Shown: piece after piece, positions 42,228 to 51,815 of the stretch
Layout: every line of letters starts with the position of its first letter
Position numbering within the stretch: the first letter of the stretch is position 1
DNA from: Aureliella sp.
GTDB lineage: Bacteria > Planctomycetota > Planctomycetia > Pirellulales > Pirellulaceae
Length of the DNA stretch: 64,000 nt
Assembly: GCA_963691875.1 (NCBI GenBank)
Contig: OY829846.1
Coordinates: 2,400,001-2,464,000, forward strand
Reading direction: 5' to 3'
Program-made: the position numbers and the translations under genes
Notes under the pieces: generated by a model
What the model saw: the letters and a program-made list of their open reading frames with translations, nothing else
Told to the model about the DNA's origin: nothing
Database searches by the model: none

Positions 42228-42745
42228 AGACGGACTCGAAGTCACTTGATCCTTCCGCTCCTTTCGTTTTGGCTTGCTCATCTTTGAAGGCTGGGGGCCA
42301 AAGACTGAGTCTTTGCATGACGAATCACCACGGCCTGTCACTGTGATGCAGCCTGAGCAATCGATGCCGCCACAAAGCCTCGTTGTACTAGAGTAGTGAG
42401 TTCCATGAAGAAAGAAGCGATCAGTTTCGAAGTCGGCGGCCGCGTAGAGTGGGTGCTTGAACCGGGCAAATACGTTGAAGTCCGACTCCCAGGCACTGAT
42501 AAAGATTCCGATGCCTCGGACGATGATCGGCAGTTGGCTCCGCTGGATCCAGCGGATCATGAAGCTGCAAAGCAACGCGAATAAGCGGACTTCGATGTGG
42601 CCGAACTGAATCTCGAAGCTGCCCAGATTCAGCTGACTGAGCATTACAAGCCGACAAGGATTCAATTAGGGCAGATTGGGAGCTAGCGGAAGCCAAACTC
42701 AAACGAATGAAACAGCTCGAAGCACAACGAGCTGTTGGTGGGGAC
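42225..42745 (+). pseudogene. Truncated, frameshifted HlyD/RND periplasmic adaptor gene
   Basis: Across frames: signal-like segment, PRPVTVM, ISFEVGGRVEWV, LAPLDP, stop, ADFDVAELNLEAAQ, ADWELAEAKLKRMKQLEAQRAV. Confidence 0.7.
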
Positions 42746-42805
42746 ATTTCGCATGCAGGCTGTGTCAGTGGAGCTCGACGGAGAAGTGTAGAATTTTCCA
42801 TTGCA

Positions 42806-42833
42806 CGGTAACGGAATTCGTCAAGACTTTCGG
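42806..42833. repeat. REP-like intergenic element
   Basis: CGGTAACGGAATTCGTCAAGACTTTCGG; resembles short palindromic repeats I recall from Pirellulaceae genomes; a related GAAGTCTGACGACTTC palindrome lies near 11019-11034. Confidence 0.4.
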
Positions 42834-42969
42834 CCGTGGTGGATGAGGTCACGAATCAGAGAGTAGCCCCTGGCCCAAGCACAGCACCATCGCAAGCCAA
42901 CATCTGCCCAAGCCGGCGCGCACGGCTCTATTTTTAAACAATCGGTATTGGGCGGGAGAAGAAAACGAA

Positions 42970-43665
42970 ATGAATTTCTACCCCCAACCCGTGCATCTGC
43001 ACGACTGCGACGAACATGGTTCAGACTCTCGGGCAGAGTTGTTTATCGTCGAAGGAGATAGTGCTTCGCAGGCGGTCGCTGCGGTTCGCGACCCATGCTT
43101 CCAAGCCGTCCTCCCCATGCAGGGCAAGCCACTGAATGCCAGCAAGGCAAGTTGGGGAGCGGTGCGAGAATACGAACTTTACCAGCAAGCATTTGTAGCG
43201 TTTGGCTATCCGCAACTCTGCAGTGCCAGACAATTACAAACGCATGAGGCAAGACCTGAGGCTTGCCACTTCTCCAAGATTCTTCTGCTATTCGATCCTG
43301 ATGCAGACGGCATTCATTGCGGGGCATTGATGCTCATCTTTTTGCATCGTGTTTTTCCAAAATTGATCGATGCAGGAATGATCGAGATTGTTCGGGCGCC
43401 ACTAGTTTGCTTTGACCTGATACCAGCTTATAAGTCGACGGCTTCCAAGACTCTTTATGCCTACCTCGATGAACAAGCCGGTAAACTCCGGTCGGAGCTA
43501 GATCGTGAAGGCTACGAGTACAACCAAAGACGATTTCGCGGTTTGGCGAGCATGGATCGTGACACCTTAGTGCAAACCTGTGTCGATCTTGAATCTCGCA
43601 CCGCTCAGTCGGTCACAGCAGCTGATGCCCAAGCGGCGCTCGCCGTGTTTGGTGGTGGGCGGTAG
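42970..43665 (+). CDS. Stand-alone type IIA topoisomerase B-subunit TOPRIM domain protein
   Basis: ELFIVEGDSA, LPMQGKPLN, DPDADGIH, APL, RFRGLASM; RBS GGAG + ATG; no ATPase domain. Confidence 0.85.
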   Translation: MNFYPQPVHLHDCDEHGSDSRAELFIVEGDSASQAVAAVRDPCFQAVLPMQGKPLNASKASWGAVREYELYQQAFVAFGYPQLCSARQLQTHEARPEACHFSKILLLFDPDADGIHCGALMLIFLHRVFPKLIDAGMIEIVRAPLVCFDLIPAYKSTASKTLYAYLDEQAGKLRSELDREGYEYNQRRFRGLASMDRDTLVQTCVDLESRTAQSVTAADAQAALAVFGGGR

Positions 43666-43710
43666 TGTCGTCCATTAAACGAGTGGCCACCCGGCGATCA
43701 ATTTCGCAAA

Positions 43711-44850
43711 CTAGGCGGCGCGGGAGCCATGTCTGCTGGCGGTAGCCTGATCAAGACTGTGCAGTAAGATACATCCTTGCGAGACTTCGGCCTTGCCTGG
43801 TGCACCGACGGCTGCAACAGGGCAGAGGATATTACCCTCAAGCCGTCCCCAGTTTTGCTGCAGGGCATACGGTACCGAACCAGAACTGACATTTCCAGTG
43901 GAAGCAGTGAGACCATTCACAGGTGCGCAGGTAAAGCCAGCTTCCTCGAGTTTCATGCCTGTCAGGCGCACGATGGCTTCGCCAGCTTGATGCGGCAAGA
44001 TGTGTTGGATGTCCGAGGGCTGCAAGTCATTCTGTCGCGTCATTTCCGAGGCTGCAGCCGCCATGGCGCGGGGAGCCGTGTCGGCAATGCCCATACCGTC
44101 AAGCGAAAAGACGAGCCGTTTCGGCTCTCGCACTTTGCCACCTTCCGGTGTAGGCGTCAAAACGTTTTCTTGCAACGAAAAATCGAAGAAGGCTTTGTAT
44201 GCTGGTTGCTTTTCATACTGTGCGTCAAGCAACTCATATTTGGGTGCCATCTCTCGATTGTCGCATCGAGTGAGCACGGTGGCGGTCGCAAAGTCACCAA
44301 ACAATGCGCCAGCTTGCCGATCTTCAAAATCGGTGATGCGGCTGATCCGATTAGAAGTGATAACAAGAACGCTTTCGTCTGATGCAAGCTGTAGACCTGG
44401 CAACATCCTGTGCAAAACAATCTTCATCGCTTTGGCGTAGCCACTGCAAAAGCCATTGATCCCGACTACTTTACGAGGCGATAACTGTGCGCGAGCACAG
44501 AGCTGAACTGCCAGACGTGTCGGCTGCTCCTTGCGAGCTCGTTCGCGAGGCATAAACTGGCTGCCGACACTGGCTGGCACAACAGACGGAGTGACCAGGA
44601 CAAGCCCAGCACACCTTTCGATCGCTTGTGGTGATGCTGTCGCGATTGCATCTAGCACGCGGCTGGCAAGCGAAACTTCACTCTCGTAGGCAACCGCTCG
44701 CTCGTGGATTCCGGTGTGCTTTTCAAACTTGCGAGCCATCAATGACTCATACCAAGCGTTCGGGAGGACGCAGGCTGGCTGATAGCTATGGATCTCGTGA
44801 ATGCCCACGCGATCCGACTCAATTTGTGTGGCAGGATGTGGAAAGCGCAT
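43711..44850 (-). CDS. FabH/KAS III-like condensing enzyme
   Basis: Cys-His-Asn triad: NGFCSGY, LFGD, PHQA, GNVSSGSVP. Confidence 0.85.
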   Translation of the reverse strand: MRFPHPATQIESDRVGIHEIHSYQPACVLPNAWYESLMARKFEKHTGIHERAVAYESEVSLASRVLDAIATASPQAIERCAGLVLVTPSVVPASVGSQFMPRERARKEQPTRLAVQLCARAQLSPRKVVGINGFCSGYAKAMKIVLHRMLPGLQLASDESVLVITSNRISRITDFEDRQAGALFGDFATATVLTRCDNREMAPKYELLDAQYEKQPAYKAFFDFSLQENVLTPTPEGGKVREPKRLVFSLDGMGIADTAPRAMAAAASEMTRQNDLQPSDIQHILPHQAGEAIVRLTGMKLEEAGFTCAPVNGLTASTGNVSSGSVPYALQQNWGRLEGNILCPVAAVGAPGKAEVSQGCILLHSLDQATASRHGSRAA

Positions 44851-45015
44851 GCGTATTCGTTATCAAAAGTGAGGTTTCGAATCAATATGGAACCAGTCTG
44901 GCTAGCAAATCTAATGTGCCTAACAGCTGATGGACGCTGATTGGTGGCTTTAAGCTAAGATAGAATGGCCGTAGAAATAGAATTCTTAGCGAACTACAGC
45001 AACAAATATTGAGCC

Positions 45016-45582
45016 ATGATTCGGTGTTTCGGACCTGTACTTCTTTGCGTTGTATTTTCAGCCGCATTGCTCGCGCCATCCAATTTACTCCTAGCCGAAG
45101 TGAAAGATTCCGCCGCTGGTAGATTCGCTTTAGAATGCAAAAAGGTGACCGATCTACCAGCAGGGGAAGCCTTCACCGCTTTCGTGAAAGGGTATGGGAA
45201 GTGGTGGCACGCCAGTCACTCTCATAATGGTGACCCCCAGGCGTTATCGATCGATTTGGAGAAAGCATGTATTCTGAAGCAGCCGCCAAATCGCAGTTTC
45301 GTTCGACACCTTAAATTGGCCAACTACCATCCGCAAAACATCACACCATGCTTTACAAGCGGCCTTGGGCCGCCACAAGAAACCGGCGTTGACGGAGCCA
45401 TGACGGTCGAAACCACAGAGGTGGACAAGCGCACCCAGATTCCGGCCCTCTACAGCGTTACGGGCTATTCCAAACAGCAGCTTAATAAACTTGCACTGAT
45501 TGTAGATCGAGTGCTGAATGATCAGTTCACACAACTTCAGAATTCCTGCACGAAGTTGAACATTGCATTGGAGAAGTCCTAG
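45016..45582 (+). pseudogene. Eroded SRPBCC/START-like secreted protein (frame still open)
   Basis: WWHASHSHNGD..LSID...H...GLGP.Q...V.G.M..VDRVL.DQ pattern with several conserved positions altered. Confidence 0.5.
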
Positions 45583-48110
45583 TGTTCGGCCAATCATTTA
45601 ACACTCAACCGCAGGCCCTAGCTTGCTCTGGTACGCCCAGCCATTCGTTTAACGCCCAGCCGGAAGCGCTGGCTTGCCCTGCTAAGCGCCAACTTGCTTG
45701 GACCATGCTCGGACTCGCACTCGGCTGTATGCCGATTAGTTCACTCGCACAAGAAGTCTCCTTCTCACGGGACATTCGGCCAATCCTTGCAGACCGATGC
45801 TTCGCCTGCCATGGCCCCGATGCGAATGAGCGTTCAGCAGAACTTCGACTCGATCAGGCAGAGGGCGAAGAAGGTGCTTACAAGACTGGGTATGACGGAG
45901 CCATCATCAAACCTGGCGACGTCGAGGCTAGTGAGCTGTGGCACCGCATTACGGCCACAGACACCGATGTACTCATGCCACCTGCGGATTCGCACAAGGC
46001 GAAGCTAACCGAGGAAGAGCAAAATAAGATTCGTCAGTGGATAGAATCCGGAGCAAAGTACGAGGAGTTCTGGGCTTTTGAGCCTCCGAAAGTCGAGGAG
46101 TTGCCCTCCATCAAAGATGCAGAATGGGGCAAGGCTGCAATTGATCGCTTTGTTTTGGCTCGTCTAAAGCGAGAGGACTTGCAACCAACGGAACTCGCAA
46201 ATCAGCGCACTCTCTTCCGACGTCTCTCATTGGATCTTCGCGGCCTACCGCCAAGTCGCGAGGAGCTGCATCGCTTTTTAGCTGACGAAAGCGAAACTGC
46301 CTACGAAGACTGGGTCGATCGCTTCCTGGGTAGCAGTGAATACGGCGAGCACATGGCACGCTACTGGCTCGACCTGGTTCGCTTCGCTGACACGAACGGG
46401 ATGCACAAAGATTTCTATCGCAACTTTGTCGCCTATCGAGATTGGGTCATTCGCGCCTACAACGAAAACTTGCCCTACGACGAATTCTTAAAGTATCAGT
46501 TGGCGGGCGATCTTTACGAAGCACCAAGTCGCGATCAGCTCGTAGCATCCGGGTTCAATCGCTTGCATTTGATCATCGACCGTGGCACGGCGCTGCCTGA
46601 AGAGAGTTTATTCAAGAACGTCGTAGACCGGGTGAGTGCGGTTGGTATTGTTTTTTTGGGGCTGACGGTACAGTGTGCTCAATGCCATGACCACAAGTAC
46701 GATCCAATAACTCAGCGGGACTACTACTCGCTGTTTGCCTTCTTCAACAACATTGACGCAGCTCCCGAAACTGCTGGGCGCCCAGCTGCGGGGTTGCAGC
46801 CTCCCTTTATCTCACTGGCCAGCACACAGCAGGAATTGGAATTGCAGGAATTGAACCGCCTTGTGGCCGAAAGCGAAAGCGATTGGAAGACCCTGTTGGC
46901 GAAGCTCAATGTGTTGAAGGCGGCAGACGAAAACTCTGATGAGACCAAGCAGCAGGCCGCGCTCGCTAGTAAAGCGGAAAACAAACACAAGAAATTGAAA
47001 GGCGAGCGTGACGCATTCAACCGTCGTTTGCCCAAGGCGATGGTGATGAAAGAACGGTCAGAAGTGCGTCAGACCTTCCTCCGTGTACGTGGGCAGTACG
47101 ACGCTCTCGGGGAGCCAGTCCAGAGAAATGCTCCAGCCTTCTTGCCCGCGATGAAACGAAGCCCTGGGCAGCCCGCGACGAGAATGGATCTGGCCCAATG
47201 GTTTACGAGCGAAGAGAATCCTTTGACCGCTCGCGTTCAAGTCAATCGCGTTTGGCAGCAATTCTTCGGCATCGGGCTGGTTAAAACCTCGGAAGATCTC
47301 GGAGCACAAGGCGAAGTTCCCATTCATCCCGAACTGCTCGACTACTTAGCGGTTTCCTATCGTCGGTCAGGGTGGGACACAAAGGCGTTGGTCAAGCAAA
47401 TCGTGATGTCGAAAACGTACCAACAGAGTTCCCGAGCAAGGTCGGACCTTTATCTAGCTGACCCAGATAACAGGTTGCTTGCCCGCGGCGGCAGGTTCCG
47501 CCTAGATGCGGAGGTCATACGAGATCAAATCCTTGCAACTAGCGGGTTATTGTCGAAAAAGATGTACGGCGTCAGCGTAAAACCGCCTCAACCCGCTGGC
47601 TTGTGGAAGGCAGTCACGATGACCGGCGAACGCTTCACTCCTGGCAAAGGCAGCGACATCTATCGCCGTAGCCTGTACACGTTCTGGAAGCGAGCAATGC
47701 CTCCGCCACAAATGACCATCCTGAACGCACCTAATCGCGACTCATGTATTGCACGTCGAGAACGCACCAACACTCCGTCGCAAGCATTGCTGATGCTAAA
47801 TGAGTCACAGTATCTCTTAGCGGCCCGGCATTTAGCAAACTCCGTTGTCGAATCGCCCTTTACAAATTCCCAGACAAGAATTGGATTCCTCTTCGAGACA
47901 ATCCTTTCCCGCATGCCGGATGCAACGGAAAGAGATGTTTTGCAGCAGCTGATAGATGACTTGCTCGCAAAGTACGAGGAGAATCCGGAGTTGGCAAAGG
48001 AGTTGTGCGAAGGAGTTGCAACCGTTCCTGAGGCTCAGGCCGAAATCGCAGCCTGGACGGTGCTAATCAATGCTCTCTACAACTTAGACATCACGAAGAA
48101 CCGAGAATAG
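45582..48110 (+). CDS. Planctomycete cytochrome c / DUF1549 (PSD2) / DUF1553 (PSD1) protein; real start may be ATG 45705
   Basis: FSRDIRPIL..CFACHG, YGEHMARYWLD..RFADTNG, CAQCHDHKYDPI, NPLTARV.VNR.WQ, RTNTPSQAL. Confidence 0.94.
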   Translation: MFGQSFNTQPQALACSGTPSHSFNAQPEALACPAKRQLAWTMLGLALGCMPISSLAQEVSFSRDIRPILADRCFACHGPDANERSAELRLDQAEGEEGAYKTGYDGAIIKPGDVEASELWHRITATDTDVLMPPADSHKAKLTEEEQNKIRQWIESGAKYEEFWAFEPPKVEELPSIKDAEWGKAAIDRFVLARLKREDLQPTELANQRTLFRRLSLDLRGLPPSREELHRFLADESETAYEDWVDRFLGSSEYGEHMARYWLDLVRFADTNGMHKDFYRNFVAYRDWVIRAYNENLPYDEFLKYQLAGDLYEAPSRDQLVASGFNRLHLIIDRGTALPEESLFKNVVDRVSAVGIVFLGLTVQCAQCHDHKYDPITQRDYYSLFAFFNNIDAAPETAGRPAAGLQPPFISLASTQQELELQELNRLVAESESDWKTLLAKLNVLKAADENSDETKQQAALASKAENKHKKLKGERDAFNRRLPKAMVMKERSEVRQTFLRVRGQYDALGEPVQRNAPAFLPAMKRSPGQPATRMDLAQWFTSEENPLTARVQVNRVWQQFFGIGLVKTSEDLGAQGEVPIHPELLDYLAVSYRRSGWDTKALVKQIVMSKTYQQSSRARSDLYLADPDNRLLARGGRFRLDAEVIRDQILATSGLLSKKMYGVSVKPPQPAGLWKAVTMTGERFTPGKGSDIYRRSLYTFWKRAMPPPQMTILNAPNRDSCIARRERTNTPSQALLMLNESQYLLAARHLANSVVESPFTNSQTRIGFLFETILSRMPDATERDVLQQLIDDLLAKYEENPELAKELCEGVATVPEAQAEIAAWTVLINALYNLDITKNRE
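45589..45677 (+). repeat. Two degenerate 38-nt direct repeats, 51-nt period
   Basis: GCCAATCATTTAACACTCAACCGCAGGCCCTAGCTTGC and GCCATTCGTTTAACGCCCAGCCGGAAGCGCTGGCTTGC. Confidence 0.75.
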
Positions 48111-48122
48111 GAGGCCCTGGAG

Positions 48123-49580
48123 ATGATGCAGCAACTTCAACAACTTGAAACACTTCAGAATCGCCGACGCTTTCTCCGGAACACAGGAGTCGGCCTGGGT
48201 ACCGCTGCCTCTGCAGCACTGCTGGGAAATCAGGTAGTAAATTCGGCGGAAATCAGTTCGGGCAACTCGACCGGAGTCCATTTCCGCGCTCGCGCGAAAC
48301 GCATCATCTTTCTCTTCATGGCGGGAGCACCGAGTCACGTTGATCTGTTTGACTACAAGCCTGATTTGCACAAATACTTCAAGCAGGAGCTTCCCAAGTC
48401 GGTCAGTAATGGTCAGCGCGTGACTGCCATGACTCGCGGCAAACAACAGCGGGTCCAACCCACGATGTTCAACTTTCATCAGCGTGGTCAAAGTGGCGTA
48501 TGGATGAGCGAGCTTCTGCCTCATCTGTCCAGCTGCGCGGACCAACTCTGCTTTGTGAACTCGATGCACACAGATGCGATCAACCACGACCCGGGCAAGA
48601 CTTCGTTTTGCACCGGCTCGGAAATTGCCGGCAAGCCAAGTATGGGCGCTTGGTTGAGTTATGGTCTAGGCTCTATGAATCAGGACTTGCCCAACTTTGT
48701 TGTCATGCCATCTGCGTTTTGGAGTGGCAAAGTCAACGTCCAAGGACTCTACGCGAGACTCTGGGGTAGTGGCTTTCTCCCTTCTCAACATCAAGGCTCC
48801 GCCTTTCAGGCGACGGGCGATCCCGTACTCTTCTTGTCCAATCCTAATGGCATCGATCGTAGCGTTCGCCGACGGATGCTCGACACGCTGGCAGAATTGA
48901 ATCAGAAACATTTCCATGAGATTGGTGATCCTGAAACGCAGACCACCATCGCACAGCAGGAGATGGCGTTTCGCATGCAAGCCTCAGTACCGGAGCTGAC
49001 AGATATTTCGGGCGAAACGGCCGCGACGTTAGAAAATTACGGCCCGGAGGTCAATCAAGCTGGCTCCTATGCTCGTAACTGCTTACTCGCTCGACGAATG
49101 GTAGAACGAGGAGTGCGTTTCGTTCAGCTATTTCATCGCGGTTGGGACCATCATTCTCGCTTGCCCGACAACATGCGGGGCCAGTGCAAGGATGTCGACC
49201 AACCGACGGCGGCTCTGCTAATGGACCTGCGGCAGCGAGGCTTGCTCGACGATACACTGGTCGTTTTTTGTGGCGAGTTTGGTCGAACCGTCTACGGCCA
49301 AGGCAATATGACGCGGGAGAACTACGGTCGCGACCATCACCCGCGCTGCTTTACCGCGTGGCTCGCCGGTGGAGGAATTCGCGGTGGAATGCACTACGGT
49401 AAGACCGACGACTTCTGCTACAACATCGATGAGAATCCGGTGCATGTTCGAGACCTACATGCCACAATGCTGCACCTACTTGGAATCGATCACGAAAAAC
49501 TGATCTTTCCGTACCAAGGCCTCGATCAGAAGCTAACTGGTGTCGAGCACAGCCTGGTCTTACATGACATCATCGCGTAG
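48123..49580 (+). CDS. DUF1501 family Tat-exported protein
   Basis: NRRRFL Tat signal, IFLFMAGAPSHVDLFDYKP, ERGVRFVQL, WDHH, GEFGRT, GRDHHP. Confidence 0.94.
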   Translation: MMQQLQQLETLQNRRRFLRNTGVGLGTAASAALLGNQVVNSAEISSGNSTGVHFRARAKRIIFLFMAGAPSHVDLFDYKPDLHKYFKQELPKSVSNGQRVTAMTRGKQQRVQPTMFNFHQRGQSGVWMSELLPHLSSCADQLCFVNSMHTDAINHDPGKTSFCTGSEIAGKPSMGAWLSYGLGSMNQDLPNFVVMPSAFWSGKVNVQGLYARLWGSGFLPSQHQGSAFQATGDPVLFLSNPNGIDRSVRRRMLDTLAELNQKHFHEIGDPETQTTIAQQEMAFRMQASVPELTDISGETAATLENYGPEVNQAGSYARNCLLARRMVERGVRFVQLFHRGWDHHSRLPDNMRGQCKDVDQPTAALLMDLRQRGLLDDTLVVFCGEFGRTVYGQGNMTRENYGRDHHPRCFTAWLAGGGIRGGMHYGKTDDFCYNIDENPVHVRDLHATMLHLLGIDHEKLIFPYQGLDQKLTGVEHSLVLHDIIA

Positions 49581-49807
49581 TGGGATTCGCCAGAATTCCT
49601 CCTCTGATCTCAGCATTCGTTGCGAACTCGGTTCCTGCCTCCGCGATACGAGGCGGGGAAAACAAATCCAGTACGCAAGCATTTGTAATAAGGCATTCCT
49701 ATACAAATTCTTGGGCCATCGAATGCTGCAACAAACGGAAGGTTTCGACACGAAAAATCGTTCGTTTGTTTCTGGCTTATTGGCTTGCTTTTATCATCGC
49801 GTGAATC

Positions 49808-49989
49808 AGGTTTAATCATTGGCGTCATGGAATAGAGCAGGAAGCAATCGATGTCAAGTTTGCCATCCATTTCCCCATCATCGACTTACTCTTTGGAACC
49901 TTCTTCGTGCCCAACCGTTACCCGTTGGTAACGGCCTTGAAGGACATCCAGTTCCCAAACGCATGTGGAAACAGTTCTTCTATCCCTGT
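49808..49989 (+). pseudogene. 3' remnant of a sterol desaturase/fatty acid hydroxylase family gene
   Basis: RFNHWRHGIEQEAIDVKFAIHFPIIDLLFGTF, frameshift near 49920, then PVGNGLEGHPVPKRMWKQFFYP; His box HHxHH degraded to NHWRH; no 5' part. Confidence 0.75.
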
Positions 49990-50225
49990 ACTGGAACGCG
50001 GCCGGATGCGGATGCCGAAACAGCTTCCCACAAAGTTGAATAAGGCCACTTCGCTACTATCGACTGTCTGATCGCGTACGCATCGATAATTTCATGCAAG
50101 AGGGTTATGGCTAGACTCTTCTCATTTGCGTCTGCTATGTGTTTCATCCGTGACCAAATCACATAAGCACTGTGACGCTGCTCGTGGTGAATCGCAAAGA
50201 AATCCTCTGGTCAGCAACAAAAAAG

Positions 50226-51332
50226 CTACAGTCCGGTGATCATGCTGGGTTCGGGTTGCCAAAGGTAAAGAAAGGTTGGCATCTCACTGCGATCTAGGCC
50301 GGGAATCTTCAGCGGCAGAAGTGATGACATGGTGGGAACATTGGGCGTTACATCCATCAGCGTGTAAGCCCGATCGTTGTCGCGACGCAACATCTTGATC
50401 GGAGCATTTGAAGGGAGTCCCGCAAGTTCGCGAGCTCGCACCACGGCATCGTCCAAATAACCAAGTTGGTCGACAAGCCGGCTGTCGAGTGCATCTTGGG
50501 CTGTCATCACGCGTCCATCGAAGATTTCATTCTCTCCCACAGTCAATCCGCGGCGAGCCTGGACCTGCGACGTGAAACGCTGATGAAAACTGTCGGCAAT
50601 TGATTGCAGGATTTCTCGTTCGGATTCTTCCATCTCGCGATCGGGAGTCGCCATGTTGATCTTGCTGCCAGCCGTGACTGGTTGCGACGAAACGCTAAAG
50701 GTGCTCATGTCCGTCAAGAAATAGATATTCAAGATCACTCCGATGCCGCCGACGATCGACGTGGGATGAGCCACGATTTGGTCTGCCAAGTTTGCCAAAT
50801 AGTAACCTCCGCCGGCTCCAACATCCATCAGACACGCAACGACTGGAATATCTCGTTCGTTTTTTAGCTGCAATAAATCCCGAGCCATGATGTCCGACGC
50901 CGTCACACCGCCGCCTGGGCTGTTGATTCTAAGCACAATAGCTGACACCGAAGAATCAGCCGCAATGTGATCTAGCTTCTCGCGAAAAAGTGCGACCGGG
51001 TTTTCGCCCATAGAGCCGAGTCCGGCAATGTTCTTGTTTAGCAGGATGCCGTCCACGTCGAGCACCACAACGCTAGGCGAGGCTGTATGCTGCGATCCGT
51101 AAACAGGAACGGAATTGAGCTTCGAGGCTGTGTTATCAGTCTTCATCACAGTCGAGAGTTGACCGTCCATCGTCATGCCCCCCGACATGCGCATATCACC
51201 ATTCATATTCATCCCGCCACGCACAACGGTTTGAATCGGGCGGTGAACGCACCCTGAGAAGAGCAAGAATGCGCAGAGGGAAAGAACTGGTGCCCATGCA
51301 TTCAGACAAAACAGCTGATCATTTCGGCTCAT
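50226..51332 (-). CDS. sppA: SppA/S49 peptidase homologue, putative lipoprotein, catalytic residues substituted
   Basis: LRINSPGGGV, DVGAGGGYYLA, SIVGGIGV, DGRVMTAQDA...LVDQLGYLDDA; lipobox FSGC. Confidence 0.85.
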   Translation of the reverse strand: MSRNDQLFCLNAWAPVLSLCAFLLFSGCVHRPIQTVVRGGMNMNGDMRMSGGMTMDGQLSTVMKTDNTASKLNSVPVYGSQHTASPSVVVLDVDGILLNKNIAGLGSMGENPVALFREKLDHIAADSSVSAIVLRINSPGGGVTASDIMARDLLQLKNERDIPVVACLMDVGAGGGYYLANLADQIVAHPTSIVGGIGVILNIYFLTDMSTFSVSSQPVTAGSKINMATPDREMEESEREILQSIADSFHQRFTSQVQARRGLTVGENEIFDGRVMTAQDALDSRLVDQLGYLDDAVVRARELAGLPSNAPIKMLRRDNDRAYTLMDVTPNVPTMSSLLPLKIPGLDRSEMPTFLYLWQPEPSMITGL

Positions 51333-51815
51333 CTGAAGTCCTTTCCGATGGGTGCCAATCTCATAAGCCAAGGAAGCCGGCGCCTGCGGCTGGATGTCAG
51401 ACGAATTCAGCTTCAAACGGCCTAATTCGCTGTGGCTCTGGGCCAGGAAGAGACAGCCTACGTATTCGGCACTATCCCAGTGTTAGATCGGACGGGAGCA
51501 ATGCCAAAATTCCTCCTAGAAACTTTCTCCCCTAACCTTCCACCATGCCCTGAGCTCCACACAGACCTCCTAAACTATGCATTCGGAAAATCCTACCAGA
51601 CCAGACAAAGTACGGTCGTAGCGACAAACGCGAATTGGCGTACCCGCCATGCCTGCTCCATTCAAATGCCCGGAAGAACTAAGGCTTTTGCTAGCTAGGG
51701 AAAGGGGAGGGACCGAAATGGATAATTATTCGTTTTGGTGAGCGGAAATGCGCTCGCAAATTCTCGCGAGTCCCTTGACTCCGAATATTCCCACATGAGT
51801 CATTGATCGAGTTCC

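Noticed and set aside
42396..42584. 62-aa ORF as an independent small protein
   Set aside because: It is an internal fragment of the HlyD pseudogene.
42970..43665. Calling this gene gyrB/parE
   Set aside because: Lacks ATPase and transducer domains; about one third of the normal length.
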